A stretch of DNA of 64,000 nt from an uncultured bacterium (GTDB lineage Bacteria; Chloroflexota; UBA5177; JANWHV01), in NCBI GenBank assembly GCA_963827235.1, contig CAWHAE010000016.1:96001-160000 (forward strand), written 5' to 3'. The position numbers and the translations under genes are program-made. Within the stretch, counting starts at the first letter, position 1. Every line of letters starts with the position of its first letter. This document shows positions 49,903-59,300 of this stretch, piece by piece. The notes below the pieces were generated by a model. The model searched no databases, had not been told where the DNA came from, and was given only the letters and a program-made list of their open reading frames with translations.

Positions 49903-51252
49903 TTACGCTCCGGTGGGATTGATCCGCACGACCAGCGCTGCGAGCAGAATCAGCGCGACGACGACCAGCCCAAGGCCGGCCACAACCTTTGCCACGGGAC
50001 GACGATCCTCGAGGATCCGGTCGGGGGAGCCGATATTCGCCAGCGACAGCCATGGTCCGGCGATGAGCCCGGCCACCAAACCCGTCAGAAGGCCTCCGAC
50101 GTGCGCCCAGCCGTCAATCTGTCGATCGGCGAGCGGCAGCAACAGATTGAGCGCCGAGAGACCGAGCACCGATCCCACCAGCTGTCTGGAGATCAGGCCA
50201 AACACCGCTCGATTGGCAAAGGCGTACACACCAAGTGCGCCGAAAATGCCGAAGATCGCGCCCGATGCGCCCACCCCCAAGTCGGGTAGCGCGGCAAGGC
50301 TGAGCACGTTGCCTCCGATTCCCGCAGCCATGTACACGGCCAGGAATCGGAGCCTGCCGACGCAGCGCTCGTACAGGGTACCGACGAAGTAGAGGGACAT
50401 GCCGTTCACCAGCAGATGGGGCCAGCCGGCGTGCAAGAAGATGGGGGTGACCAGCCGCCAGTATTCGTGCAGATGCACAATGGCCGCCGGATCCTCGGCA
50501 CCGTAACGGTAGAGCACCGTCGAGTCGGTTGAGCCGCCGTTGGCCTCGAGCCACAACAGCACCAGGGTGTTCACGACGAGCAGTGCGTAGGTCAGAACGG
50601 GGAGGCGAAGCATCAGCCGCTGGTAGGCCATGTAGCTGATCCTGGGGTCGACCCGCGGCGTGTCACCGACCAGGCGGGCGATCGGCTGCGCGACGTACGA
50701 CCAGGCCAGGCGCACGCGCAGCTTCAGCGAGCCTGGCTGTTCGCGCAGACCCGCTCGCCAGGCGGCACGCAGATCCGAGAAACGACGATCGCGCTGAGCG
50801 ATCCGCGCCAGCGCCGCGGCGAACCTCCAGTTCTCCGGTTCAAGCGACACGGCCCGGCGCAGCTCAGCGTCGGCCAGATCGGGCCTGCCGCTGGCCAGGT
50901 AGAGTTGTCCCAGCGCGTGGTGCGCCCTGGCGAAGCCGGGATCGATCAGCACGGCGTTCCGGTACGGTTGGACGGCGTCCTGCGGCTTGTCCAGGGCCAT
51001 GGCCACCACGCCGAGAGCGTAGAAGGCGCGCGCATTTCGAGGATCGCCCTCGAGTGCCTGCCGTGCCGCTTCGGCTGCCTGCTCGAACTCAGCCAGACCC
51101 GCGAGGGCTTCCGCACGCACGGCGAGAGCGTCCCACCTATTGAGCCGCGCTGCCGCGCCTCCATCCAGCGAAGCGAGCACTCGTCTGTACTTCTCCCGAG
51201 AGAGAAGAGCATCAAGAGGCGCAATGGGATCACCGAAAGTAGCAGAGTCCAT
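49903..51252 (-). CDS. TPR-repeat plus rhomboid intramembrane serine protease
   Basis: TPR patterns (ARAFYALG, ARAHHALG); WRLVTPIFLH, GASG, AHVGG. Confidence 0.88.
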   Translation of the reverse strand: MDSATFGDPIAPLDALLSREKYRRVLASLDGGAAARLNRWDALAVRAEALAGLAEFEQAAEAARQALEGDPRNARAFYALGVVAMALDKPQDAVQPYRNAVLIDPGFARAHHALGQLYLASGRPDLADAELRRAVSLEPENWRFAAALARIAQRDRRFSDLRAAWRAGLREQPGSLKLRVRLAWSYVAQPIARLVGDTPRVDPRISYMAYQRLMLRLPVLTYALLVVNTLVLLWLEANGGSTDSTVLYRYGAEDPAAIVHLHEYWRLVTPIFLHAGWPHLLVNGMSLYFVGTLYERCVGRLRFLAVYMAAGIGGNVLSLAALPDLGVGASGAIFGIFGALGVYAFANRAVFGLISRQLVGSVLGLSALNLLLPLADRQIDGWAHVGGLLTGLVAGLIAGPWLSLANIGSPDRILEDRRPVAKVVAGLGLVVVALILLAALVVRINPTGA

Positions 51253-51255
51253 GCA

Positions 51256-51546
51256 CTAAAGGTAGCCGTTCGGGAGTGTCCCGTCATGTGACGGCAATTC
51301 TCTCACCGGCTGGACCGAGCCGACCCGACAATTGTCGAAGGAGTGACTCTCCTTGATGATGAACACGAAGTGATCGATCTTTCCGAGTCCGGAAGGATGA
51401 GCCGGCAGCGCTGAGTATCGGCGGGCGGTGGCCGGGGACGCAGACAGCCATGGATTCTACAGCGCGGCCAGCCCCACCCCCGGCAGCAGCACGCCAGCGG
51501 CGATAGTCAGCCTGTAGTGCACGATAGCGAGCTCCGTTTGTAGCAC
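51256..51546 (-). pseudogene. Remnant of a secreted phosphoesterase/phospholipase C-family gene (N-terminus only)
   Basis: Signal-like segment, in-frame TAG at 51457-51459, then KIDHFVFIIKESHSFDN (51328-51381), matching the family motif IxHVVxxxxENxSFD. Confidence 0.6.
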
Positions 51547-51664
51547 ATCGCCTTCGAGGGCTAAGCACCGTCCGGCGTCTGGGAGGTCTGTGCCGTAGTG
51601 TAGCAAACATCCAAGAATGGGTTGCCCGCCCCCGCGGCCCCGCGCCCCGCGGCTTCTACGCCGT

Positions 51665-52765
51665 CTAGGACGACGCCCCGGGCCGGCGGCAAAAGCCATC
51701 ATGCCGGTGCGACAGGCTCAGCGCGATCCCGGCACAGGCGACCATGAAGCCCAGGGCGAGTAGCACGAACGTCGCTGGACGCGGCAGGGGGCTCGGGAGA
51801 GAGCGGGAGGTCACAGGCACTCTCATGTTGGCGAGGGCTGCCGGGGCGATGGTGCTGGGAGCGGCAGAGGTCCGCGTGCCAGCCGGAGCTGCCGTACCCA
51901 TCATCACCGGCCTGCGCACGCTGATCGCGCTGATCACCTGCTGCCACGACGGAATGCGGCCCGGCGGCACCGCCAGGGCCGGCAGCGCCAGCCGATCCTG
52001 GGCGCGCAGCGTGCCGCGCTCCGCTCCCCCGGTGGACAGGCTGATGGCACCTTCCAGCCTGACAGTTGGGCCGGTTGCTGTTCGGCTCAAGTCGAGAACA
52101 ATGTGCTCGTCATTGTTCTGAAAGATCTCGGCCAGGAGGCTGCCCTGGTATGCCACGTGCCCGCCTTTGTTTACTAGCGCCGCTTTGCCGGAGAGAAATC
52201 CGGCCAGATCCTGCGCTACCTGGTCCGGGTGCAGCAGGTCGGGCAGTATCGGCGTGGTGTCCGGTTGAAAGACCTCGAGGTAAGCCGAGAGGATGAGCGT
52301 GGAATCGGGTAGGTCGTCCTCGGCGCGGCCATCGTGAAGCCGCCCGGAGATGACTACCCGGTAAATGGGATCGAAATCGGGCTCCACACCGCTGAGATTG
52401 AAATTGACTGCCTTGCCGGTGAACGCCAGTGTCTCCCGCGGCGCCGATGAGTCTGCCGCGGCCGGAGAGACACAGCCTGGGACGAGCGTCAGCAGGAGCA
52501 TCCCGGCCACCGGCAGTAGCCGTGCCAACCGAGACGGCCGCCTCGGCTCAGGGCTACTCACCGCGGCTCCAAGTCCGCCGCCCGGTTGGCCGACCGTGAC
52601 ACGACCCGCTTGACCCACCAAGGAGGCCGGGGCGTTCGCGGAGCCCGGCGCACCGGTCCCCCCCACCGGGCTGAACGCAAGGAGCTCGTCGGCGGCCAGC
52701 GGGCTCCAGAGGGAGCCCGCGGCCCGCTCAGCGCCCAAACCGGACGATCCTAAGGCCGATGCCAT
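51665..52765 (-). CDS. Hypothetical exported protein with C-terminal membrane anchor
   Basis: Hydrophobic LLPVAGMLLLTLV segment, beta-rich core, Pro/Ala/Thr linker, C-terminal TM; start uncertain. Confidence 0.65.
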   Translation of the reverse strand: MASALGSSGLGAERAAGSLWSPLAADELLAFSPVGGTGAPGSANAPASLVGQAGRVTVGQPGGGLGAAVSSPEPRRPSRLARLLPVAGMLLLTLVPGCVSPAAADSSAPRETLAFTGKAVNFNLSGVEPDFDPIYRVVISGRLHDGRAEDDLPDSTLILSAYLEVFQPDTTPILPDLLHPDQVAQDLAGFLSGKAALVNKGGHVAYQGSLLAEIFQNNDEHIVLDLSRTATGPTVRLEGAISLSTGGAERGTLRAQDRLALPALAVPPGRIPSWQQVISAISVRRPVMMGTAAPAGTRTSAAPSTIAPAALANMRVPVTSRSLPSPLPRPATFVLLALGFMVACAGIALSLSHRHDGFCRRPGASS

Positions 52766-52772
52766 GTGTGAC

Positions 52773-54017
52773 TCAGGAACCGGCGCGATTGATGTCGGCG
52801 CACTCGCAATCGGACGACACCCGGCGACAGAGGAGAGCATCGTACAGGCATCGCACGCGCTCGGCCACCACCGGCCACGCGTAGTGCTGGGCAGCCCGGC
52901 TACCACGCAAGCCCATGTGCGCGCGCAGGATTGGGGAACGCCAGAGCGTGAGCAACCGATCGGCCATCTCGGTTGGGTCGTCGGGTTCCACAAGGAAGCC
53001 GGACACGTTGTTCACCACCGTGAGCTGCATGCCACCCGTGCGCGTAGCGACGACCGGAAGCCCGCTGGCCATCGCTTCCAGAGCAACCATGCCGAAGGAT
53101 TCGTGCAGCGACGGCACCACGCACACGTCCGCCGAGGAGTAGAACTCCGGCACCACTTCTCTCGAGATCGGGCCGGTGAGTGTGACGACCTGCGAAATAC
53201 CGAGTGCATCGGCCAATTCGCCAAGCCGGACTCCCTCTTCCGGCTCGTCCGACGACGGGCCGCCGGCGACGAGCACTCTCGTGGAACGAGCGAAATCGAC
53301 GTCCTGGCGGCAGGCGAGCGCCACGGCCTCGAGCAGCAATCCGAAATTCTTCAGCCGCTCCAGCCGTCCGAGAGCGACTATGGTGAAGGGCTCGGTAGTC
53401 CGGCGCGGGCTCTCAGCGGTACGGAACAGCGTCGTATCGATGCCGCAAGGAATGCTGACCAGGTGACTGCAATGCTCTGGATAGAGCTCGCGTATCTGCA
53501 TGCGCTCGATCGGATTCGACACGACGACCGCGTCGGAAGTCCGCAGCAGGCGGATTTCGGCGCGCTCCCGCCGGGGATCGGCAGCGTTCCCTGCGAACTT
53601 GCTCTTGATTCGGCTCAGAGTGTGGAACATCTGCACGTGGGGAACGTCCCACCGGGCAGCCAGCCGTCTTCCCGCCATGCCGGATATCCAGTAATGCGAG
53701 TGCACCAGGTCGTACGACAGGCTGTGGCGCCGTGCAACCTGTTCGATCCCTTGAATGAGCGCAGGCACCATGTCGGCGATCTCGTTCTTGCTCGCCGGGC
53801 CCGCCCGGCAGCCGGCAACGCCGATAACTCGCGCGCCGCCCAGGTCCAACTCGAACGGAGTATCGGAGCTCGACCGCGTGTAGATGTCTACGTGCAGGTC
53901 GAGAGCAGCCAGCGAACGGCTCAGGTCGCGGACGTAGACGTTCATGCCGCCGCTCGAGCCCGCGCCTGGCTGGTCAAGCGGACTCGAGTGCAGACTCAGC
54001 ATCGCTATGCGTTTCAC
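52773..54017 (-). CDS. GT4 glycosyltransferase, MshA-like
   Basis: SLHSSPL.QPG, GGMNVYV, DLVHSHYWISG, FHTL, ESFGMVALEAMASG. Confidence 0.88.
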   Translation of the reverse strand: MKRIAMLSLHSSPLDQPGAGSSGGMNVYVRDLSRSLAALDLHVDIYTRSSSDTPFELDLGGARVIGVAGCRAGPASKNEIADMVPALIQGIEQVARRHSLSYDLVHSHYWISGMAGRRLAARWDVPHVQMFHTLSRIKSKFAGNAADPRRERAEIRLLRTSDAVVVSNPIERMQIRELYPEHCSHLVSIPCGIDTTLFRTAESPRRTTEPFTIVALGRLERLKNFGLLLEAVALACRQDVDFARSTRVLVAGGPSSDEPEEGVRLGELADALGISQVVTLTGPISREVVPEFYSSADVCVVPSLHESFGMVALEAMASGLPVVATRTGGMQLTVVNNVSGFLVEPDDPTEMADRLLTLWRSPILRAHMGLRGSRAAQHYAWPVVAERVRCLYDALLCRRVSSDCECADINRAGS

Positions 54018-54320
54018 CTTGGCAACTAACTCCTAGTAAAGCGGGCACACATCTGCCGCGCCCTTGGCGTGGTGCCCCATGCTCCCGGCACGAGCACATC
54101 CCACGCATCCATCGCACGATCCGACTCGAATGCGCCTCACCCATAATCGGGTTGGCAGAAAAGATCGGCGTTCTCCCGGCAGCATGCCCAGCCGCAGATT
54201 GACCAGCACCGCTGGGGTTCGCTGCCCATCGGCTCACCACTTCTATGGTAACCAGGGCCGTACATCGCGACCGTTCGCGCGACCGGCACGCTGCAGACCG
54301 GGTCACGAAAGGATGACGCC

Positions 54321-54983
54321 CTACACGAAGTGCCAGAGAGAGGAGCGCGCCCGGCGTCCCCTTCCAATGTAGGGGACGTGTATGAACCCTTCCGCATATT
54401 GCACGGCGCCGCGGGCACCGTGCAGAGCGCACTGCCGGGCGATCATGCGGCAGTAGTGCTCGGGGCCCTGGCCGGCGTGCGCGTGTATGGCAGCCAGCTT
54501 CGCGCTCCACACCTCGGTGACGTCGACCAAATAGTCGGGTTGAAAGAGCCCGGCAATGCCGACACCGTCATACGTGTCACAGGACAGCAGCGCCCTCAGG
54601 TCGGACTCGGCGCCGGCCAGTATGATTGCAGCGTTCGTGATCTCCCACGCCGCCCTGTGATCCGGGTGGCTGTCGTCGCGCCAGTGTGTAAGTACGAGGT
54701 TTGGACGCTCCTTGGCGAGAACGCCAGCGACCGCTTCAATCGCTGTGCGATCGATGGCCAGCCCTCGATCGCGGAACGTCAGGTGAGTCAGTCTTGCTCC
54801 CAGCGCCTCCGCGCCGCGACGGCCTTCCGCCGCTCGCTCATCGTCGCCGTGCGTGAGGATACAGATCGCAGTGTCGTCGCCACCGCCTCGATGCGCCAGA
54901 AGCGTTCCCCCGGCCCAGATCTCGGCATCGTCGGGATGTGCAAAGACGCCGAGTACTCGTCCAACAGCGCTTGTCATTCGCAT
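54321..54983 (-). CDS. PIG-L family deacetylase (MshB/BshB/LmbE-like)
   Basis: AHPDDAE, HPDH, KLAAIHAH, YAEGF. Confidence 0.88.
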   Translation of the reverse strand: MRMTSAVGRVLGVFAHPDDAEIWAGGTLLAHRGGGDDTAICILTHGDDERAAEGRRGAEALGARLTHLTFRDRGLAIDRTAIEAVAGVLAKERPNLVLTHWRDDSHPDHRAAWEITNAAIILAGAESDLRALLSCDTYDGVGIAGLFQPDYLVDVTEVWSAKLAAIHAHAGQGPEHYCRMIARQCALHGARGAVQYAEGFIHVPYIGRGRRARSSLWHFV

Positions 54984-54988
54984 CTCTC

Positions 54989-56056
54989 CTAGTCCGCAGG
55001 CAACGCGAGACTGGACACGGCATCCACGGCGAACGGGTCCTCGGCGGCGGGCCATGGCCGATGGACCTGCCGATGATACGCCGCGGCGGCGATCATGGCA
55101 CCGTTGTCGACGCACAGGAACGGCGGCGGTACGTAGACGGGCACCTGACAAACCTCCACAATCCTCGTGCGGAGGGCCAAATTGCTGGCCACGCCTCCGC
55201 ACACACAGATAGTGTTGACTTGGTGCTCGCGGGACGCCGAGGCGACCTTCGTCACCAACACGTCGACCACGCTGTCCTGAAAGGCGAATGCGATGGCGCC
55301 CCGAGTCCGATCGTCGATGCCGCCGTCCGCGTCACGCGCAGCATATTCGAGAAGATGCCACACTGCGGTCTTGAGACCGCTGAAGCTGAAATCAGAGGTG
55401 CCTCGCAGCCACGCACGCGGCAGATCGGGCGCCGTGTCATCGGCACCGTTGGCTGCCAGGCCGGCGACGTAGGCGGCGGCCGCCCGCTGAATCGCAGGGC
55501 CACCAGGGAACTCGAGACCAAGCTGACGGCCGACCTTGTCGAATGCCTCGCCGGCCGCGTCGTCCCGGGTGCTCCCCAGCAGAGTATAGCGGCAGTGTTC
55601 GCGCATCAGCACCAGCTCGGTATGCCCGCCGGACACGATAAGCGCCAGAACGGGAAACGATGGCGCCGGAGCGGCGTTCGAGGCATCCGCAGTCAGCCAG
55701 CTCGAGTACACGTGACCTTCCAGATGATTCACCGGAATCAGCGGCAACCCACGCGCCAGGCTGAGACCCTTGGCGAAGCTCAGTCCTACTCGAAGTGATC
55801 CGCTCAACCCGGGTCCGTAGGTTACGCCGACGGCTTCCACGCGGTCGAGCGTCAAGCCAGCCATCTCAAGGGCCTCGCGCACGACCGCATCGATATCGCC
55901 CAGATGGGCTCGGCTGGCCACCTCGGGCACCACGCCGCCGTGCGGCTCATGCATCTTGAGCTGTGAGCGCACGACGTTGCCGAGAATGTGCCTTCCGTCC
56001 TCGACCAGCGCGGCGCTGGTATCGTCGCAAGACGTGTCGATGCCCAGGACGATCAC
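54989..56056 (-). CDS. tsaD: tRNA N6-adenosine threonylcarbamoyltransferase
   Basis: GIDTSCDDT, GGVVPEVASRAH, NHLEGH, VSGGHT, DDAAGEAFDK, DNGAMIA. Confidence 0.96.
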   Translation of the reverse strand: MIVLGIDTSCDDTSAALVEDGRHILGNVVRSQLKMHEPHGGVVPEVASRAHLGDIDAVVREALEMAGLTLDRVEAVGVTYGPGLSGSLRVGLSFAKGLSLARGLPLIPVNHLEGHVYSSWLTADASNAAPAPSFPVLALIVSGGHTELVLMREHCRYTLLGSTRDDAAGEAFDKVGRQLGLEFPGGPAIQRAAAAYVAGLAANGADDTAPDLPRAWLRGTSDFSFSGLKTAVWHLLEYAARDADGGIDDRTRGAIAFAFQDSVVDVLVTKVASASREHQVNTICVCGGVASNLALRTRIVEVCQVPVYVPPPFLCVDNGAMIAAAAYHRQVHRPWPAAEDPFAVDAVSSLALPAD

Positions 56057-56748
56057 GTGGACTTCTCCTCGAGGACATAATCCTCATCGCCCGCCGCTAT
56101 CTCGTTCCTCGCAATCAGGCTCTCGCGCAGCTTGGCCCGCAGTGCCACGAAACGCTCCTGGAACTCGGGCGATTGAATCTCGTCGGTCCACATGATCAGG
56201 GCATCCTCGTGATTATCGCTGTAGTACCGCTGCCGGACGCCGGCCGACTTGAAGCCGTACTTGCGGTAGAGAGATTGCGCGATCTCGTTCGACACGCGCA
56301 CCTCGAGGGTCAGCCACCGGGCGTTGATGTCGATGGCCACCTCGGCAAGCGCCACCAGAAGCAGTTCTCCGTATCCCCTGCGGCGGAACTCCGGTCGCAC
56401 GGCGATCGTCGTGATGTGTGCCTCGTCCACCATCAGCCAGAGACCGGCGTAGCCTGCCAGCGTCACGAGGTCCGGTGTCACAGGCAAAACGTCGCGTTGC
56501 CTGTGAATCGGCAAGAGGTTGCTCCAGAATCCGCGCCGTTCCTGCTGACCCGGCGCCCTTGCCCCTCCGAATGCATCACGTGTGACTTGTCGAGGTCCGC
56601 AGCGCAGCACCAGGTAATGGGCGTTCTTGTTCTCGTTGAGCTCCCGCCTGTAGGCGCTCAACGGCCACGGAGTCATAGACGAATCCTTATCGATCGCCAG
56701 AACCTCCGGCACGTCGTCCATGGTCATTCGCGACAGATGGACGGTCAT
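56053..56748 (-). CDS. rimI: Ribosomal protein alanine N-acetyltransferase (GNAT) with a ~45-aa insertion
   Basis: EAHITTIAV, RRRGYG, LEVRVSN..AQSLY.KYGF, RYYSDN.EDA. Confidence 0.9.
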   Translation of the reverse strand: MTVHLSRMTMDDVPEVLAIDKDSSMTPWPLSAYRRELNENKNAHYLVLRCGPRQVTRDAFGGARAPGQQERRGFWSNLLPIHRQRDVLPVTPDLVTLAGYAGLWLMVDEAHITTIAVRPEFRRRGYGELLLVALAEVAIDINARWLTLEVRVSNEIAQSLYRKYGFKSAGVRQRYYSDNHEDALIMWTDEIQSPEFQERFVALRAKLRESLIARNEIAAGDEDYVLEEKST

Positions 56749-57524
56749 GGCCGTGCTTCGACGGCGGGCATCGTGCGACGCCGCGGCAGGCTGATGGCCG
56801 GCCGTCGAAGATACAGCGGCTGAAGCTCCGCGGTAGTGCCACGGGCACCGCTCGCTGCCGCTGCCATGGCCAGCGGCAGCAGGTAGGCTGCTCGCCGCAC
56901 GTTATGGGGAGGGGTGACGATTCGCCGCGCGCCTCCAAGCAGCTCGCCGAGCTTGTCGATGTCTTCATCGCTGAGTACGCCGCACCAGAGGCACTTGGCA
57001 GGCGACTCCGCGGCGAGCTGATCGAGCGTGGCAACCGAGTAGGGCGAAATGCGTCGCCAGCGGCCACCACGAGTGCCGAACAAGGCCGAGTAGTGTTCTC
57101 CTCGGCCGCCGGGCAGCACCGCTCTCTGGGCGGGTGCGCGGTCGGCATGTGGAAAGGCGATCACGTCGAGGGCCGAGCTGCCGTAAATCGGCACGCCGAG
57201 GCCGGTCGCAAGACCGATGGCGGTTGCCATGCCGGTGCGGATACCGTTGAATGAGCCCGGGCCCGTGCACACACAGATCAGCCCAGCGGACCGGAGGTCG
57301 AAGTCGGCCTCGACGGCAAGCCCCCTGATCCGTACGGCCAGCTGCTGGGTGTGTGAGAAGTTCGTGCGCCACTGCTGTTCGGCCACCACCTGGCCGCCTT
57401 CGATGAAGGCGATTGACGCCGCGTCCGTGGCGCTGTCGATGCAGACGGCGCTCACTCGAGGCCAGGTCGGACCGGGCAGCGTGATCGAGATTCCCGACTC
57501 GGCGGCGGGCTCGACGCTATTCAT
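56745..57524 (-). CDS. tsaB: t6A biosynthesis protein TsaB
   Basis: IDSAT, GPGSFNGIR.G, C-terminal LQPLYLR. Confidence 0.88.
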   Translation of the reverse strand: MNSVEPAAESGISITLPGPTWPRVSAVCIDSATDAASIAFIEGGQVVAEQQWRTNFSHTQQLAVRIRGLAVEADFDLRSAGLICVCTGPGSFNGIRTGMATAIGLATGLGVPIYGSSALDVIAFPHADRAPAQRAVLPGGRGEHYSALFGTRGGRWRRISPYSVATLDQLAAESPAKCLWCGVLSDEDIDKLGELLGGARRIVTPPHNVRRAAYLLPLAMAAAASGARGTTAELQPLYLRRPAISLPRRRTMPAVEARP

Positions 57525-58006
57525 GCGCGAAAGGCAAGCGCTTGGAAGCGCTGCACCAGATCGTCATATGCCGATCCCTGTGGAATGAACTGAATGGCCC
57601 TCTTGGACTGGCTCACCATCAGCATGCGCACCAACAGATGCTCCTCGGGCAGGAACTCCTGAGCGTACTCCGACCACTCCACGACGCAGACGGCATCGCG
57701 GCGCAGATACTCGTCGAATTCGACGTCTGCCGCACGGCTTTGCCCTTCAAACCTGTAGAAATCGAAATGGAAGAGCCTGAGGCGACCCGAGTATTCCTTG
57801 AGCACCGTGAACGTCGGACTGGTCACAGGTGTCACAACCCCCAGACCTCGCGCGATTCCCTGCGCGAGTGCAGTCTTGCCGCTGCCGAGAACGCCGCTGA
57901 GACACAGCACCTCGCCGCCCCGGCAAACCGCTCCCAGATGCTCTCCGGCAAGGTGGGTCTGCTCCGGGCTCTGACTTATAAAGTCGACGACAGCCTTCGT
58001 GTGCAT
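57521..58006 (-). CDS. tsaE: t6A biosynthesis ATPase TsaE
   Basis: GVLGSGKT, VTSPTF, HFDFYR, VEW. Confidence 0.93.
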   Translation of the reverse strand: MHTKAVVDFISQSPEQTHLAGEHLGAVCRGGEVLCLSGVLGSGKTALAQGIARGLGVVTPVTSPTFTVLKEYSGRLRLFHFDFYRFEGQSRAADVEFDEYLRRDAVCVVEWSEYAQEFLPEEHLLVRMLMVSQSKRAIQFIPQGSAYDDLVQRFQALAFRA

Positions 58007-58016
58007 CGCCCGCTAC

Positions 58017-59300
58017 TCAGGCCAAGGACTGCCCCGTAAGCGGACCGAGAGTCACGGTTACCTGATGGGCGTCGAGGGGAACCCGCTCCCGGAGCCTGTA
58101 TATGTCTTCGAGAGTGACCGCGTCGATCTGAGCCGCCTCCTCCTCCAGAGTCTCCAAGCGACCGAGAGAGACCCACGAGCCGCAGAGGCTCAGCATGCGC
58201 GAGTTCGTGCTCTCTCCGCTCATGACCAGCCGGCTGAGCAGCTTCGTCTTTGCACGACGAAGCTCATCGTCCCCGACCGCGCCATGCTGCAAGGAGTCTA
58301 CCACGGAACGGATCGCTTCCAATGCGCGCTTGGTCTTGGCGGCCTGCAGACTTGCCGAAACGAACAGCATGCCTGTGCCGTCGAGCGCGAAGTAGTCGCC
58401 ACCGACGCTCTCGGCAAGCCCGGTCTCCTGCACCTGCCAATAGAGCCGCGAGCCTGCACTGTCGCCAAGCACCGTCCCCAGTACCTCGGCCGCGTAGCGG
58501 TCAGGATCGCTGTACGAGACGCCCGGGAAGCCGATGGCGACCAGTTGTTGCTGCAGCTCAGGTCGCTCATAGACGTAGAGCGCCGTCTCAGGAGCCGCCG
58601 CGATCGGGTCGCGAACCACCTCGCCGGTGAACCAGCCGCTGCACAAGGTCTCAACGCGTGAGCGGATCGCGTCCCAGTCATACTTGCCGGCAATAGCGAA
58701 GATCATATTGTTCGCGCCATAGCGACGCCGCCAATACTCGCGCATCTGCTCGACCGTCATGGCGGAGATCGTATCGATCGTGCCAAGTACCGGCCTGCTC
58801 AGGCCCGAAGGCTCGTAGTAGTGCTTCATCAGATAGTTGAATAGTTTCGACTGCGGCTGGTCTTCGTAGCGTGCAATCTCTTCCAAAATGACGCTGCGTT
58901 CCTGGCTAAAGTCGCCTGCATCCAGACGGGGCCGCATCATATCCGCAAGCAGATCGATCAGTCGCGGAGTGTATTCGCCCAGCACTTTGGCGTAAAAATA
59001 CGTGAACTCGTGGCCGGTGCCCGCGTTGTTCTCGGCGCCCATAGACTCGAATTCGCGATTGATATCCTCGTAGCCGCGCGTGGCAGTACCTTTGAACGTC
59101 ATGTGCTCGAGAAAGTGCGATACGCCGCTCAAAGCCGGAACCTCGTCGCGACCGCCGGTACGCACGTAGAAGCATGCCGATACGCTCTGCACGTCTTCCA
59201 TATGTTGACCCAAAAGCTGAAGGCCATTGGGCAACACGTACTGGTCGAATCGGCTGTTGCCGCCTGCGATCGGCGTTGCCGCTCGCTGCTCAGTTGACAT
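58017..59300 (-). CDS. M16B zinc peptidase, catalytic subunit
   Basis: HFLEH inverted zinc motif, VILEE. Confidence 0.92.
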   Translation of the reverse strand: MSTEQRAATPIAGGNSRFDQYVLPNGLQLLGQHMEDVQSVSACFYVRTGGRDEVPALSGVSHFLEHMTFKGTATRGYEDINREFESMGAENNAGTGHEFTYFYAKVLGEYTPRLIDLLADMMRPRLDAGDFSQERSVILEEIARYEDQPQSKLFNYLMKHYYEPSGLSRPVLGTIDTISAMTVEQMREYWRRRYGANNMIFAIAGKYDWDAIRSRVETLCSGWFTGEVVRDPIAAAPETALYVYERPELQQQLVAIGFPGVSYSDPDRYAAEVLGTVLGDSAGSRLYWQVQETGLAESVGGDYFALDGTGMLFVSASLQAAKTKRALEAIRSVVDSLQHGAVGDDELRRAKTKLLSRLVMSGESTNSRMLSLCGSWVSLGRLETLEEEAAQIDAVTLEDIYRLRERVPLDAHQVTVTLGPLTGQSLA

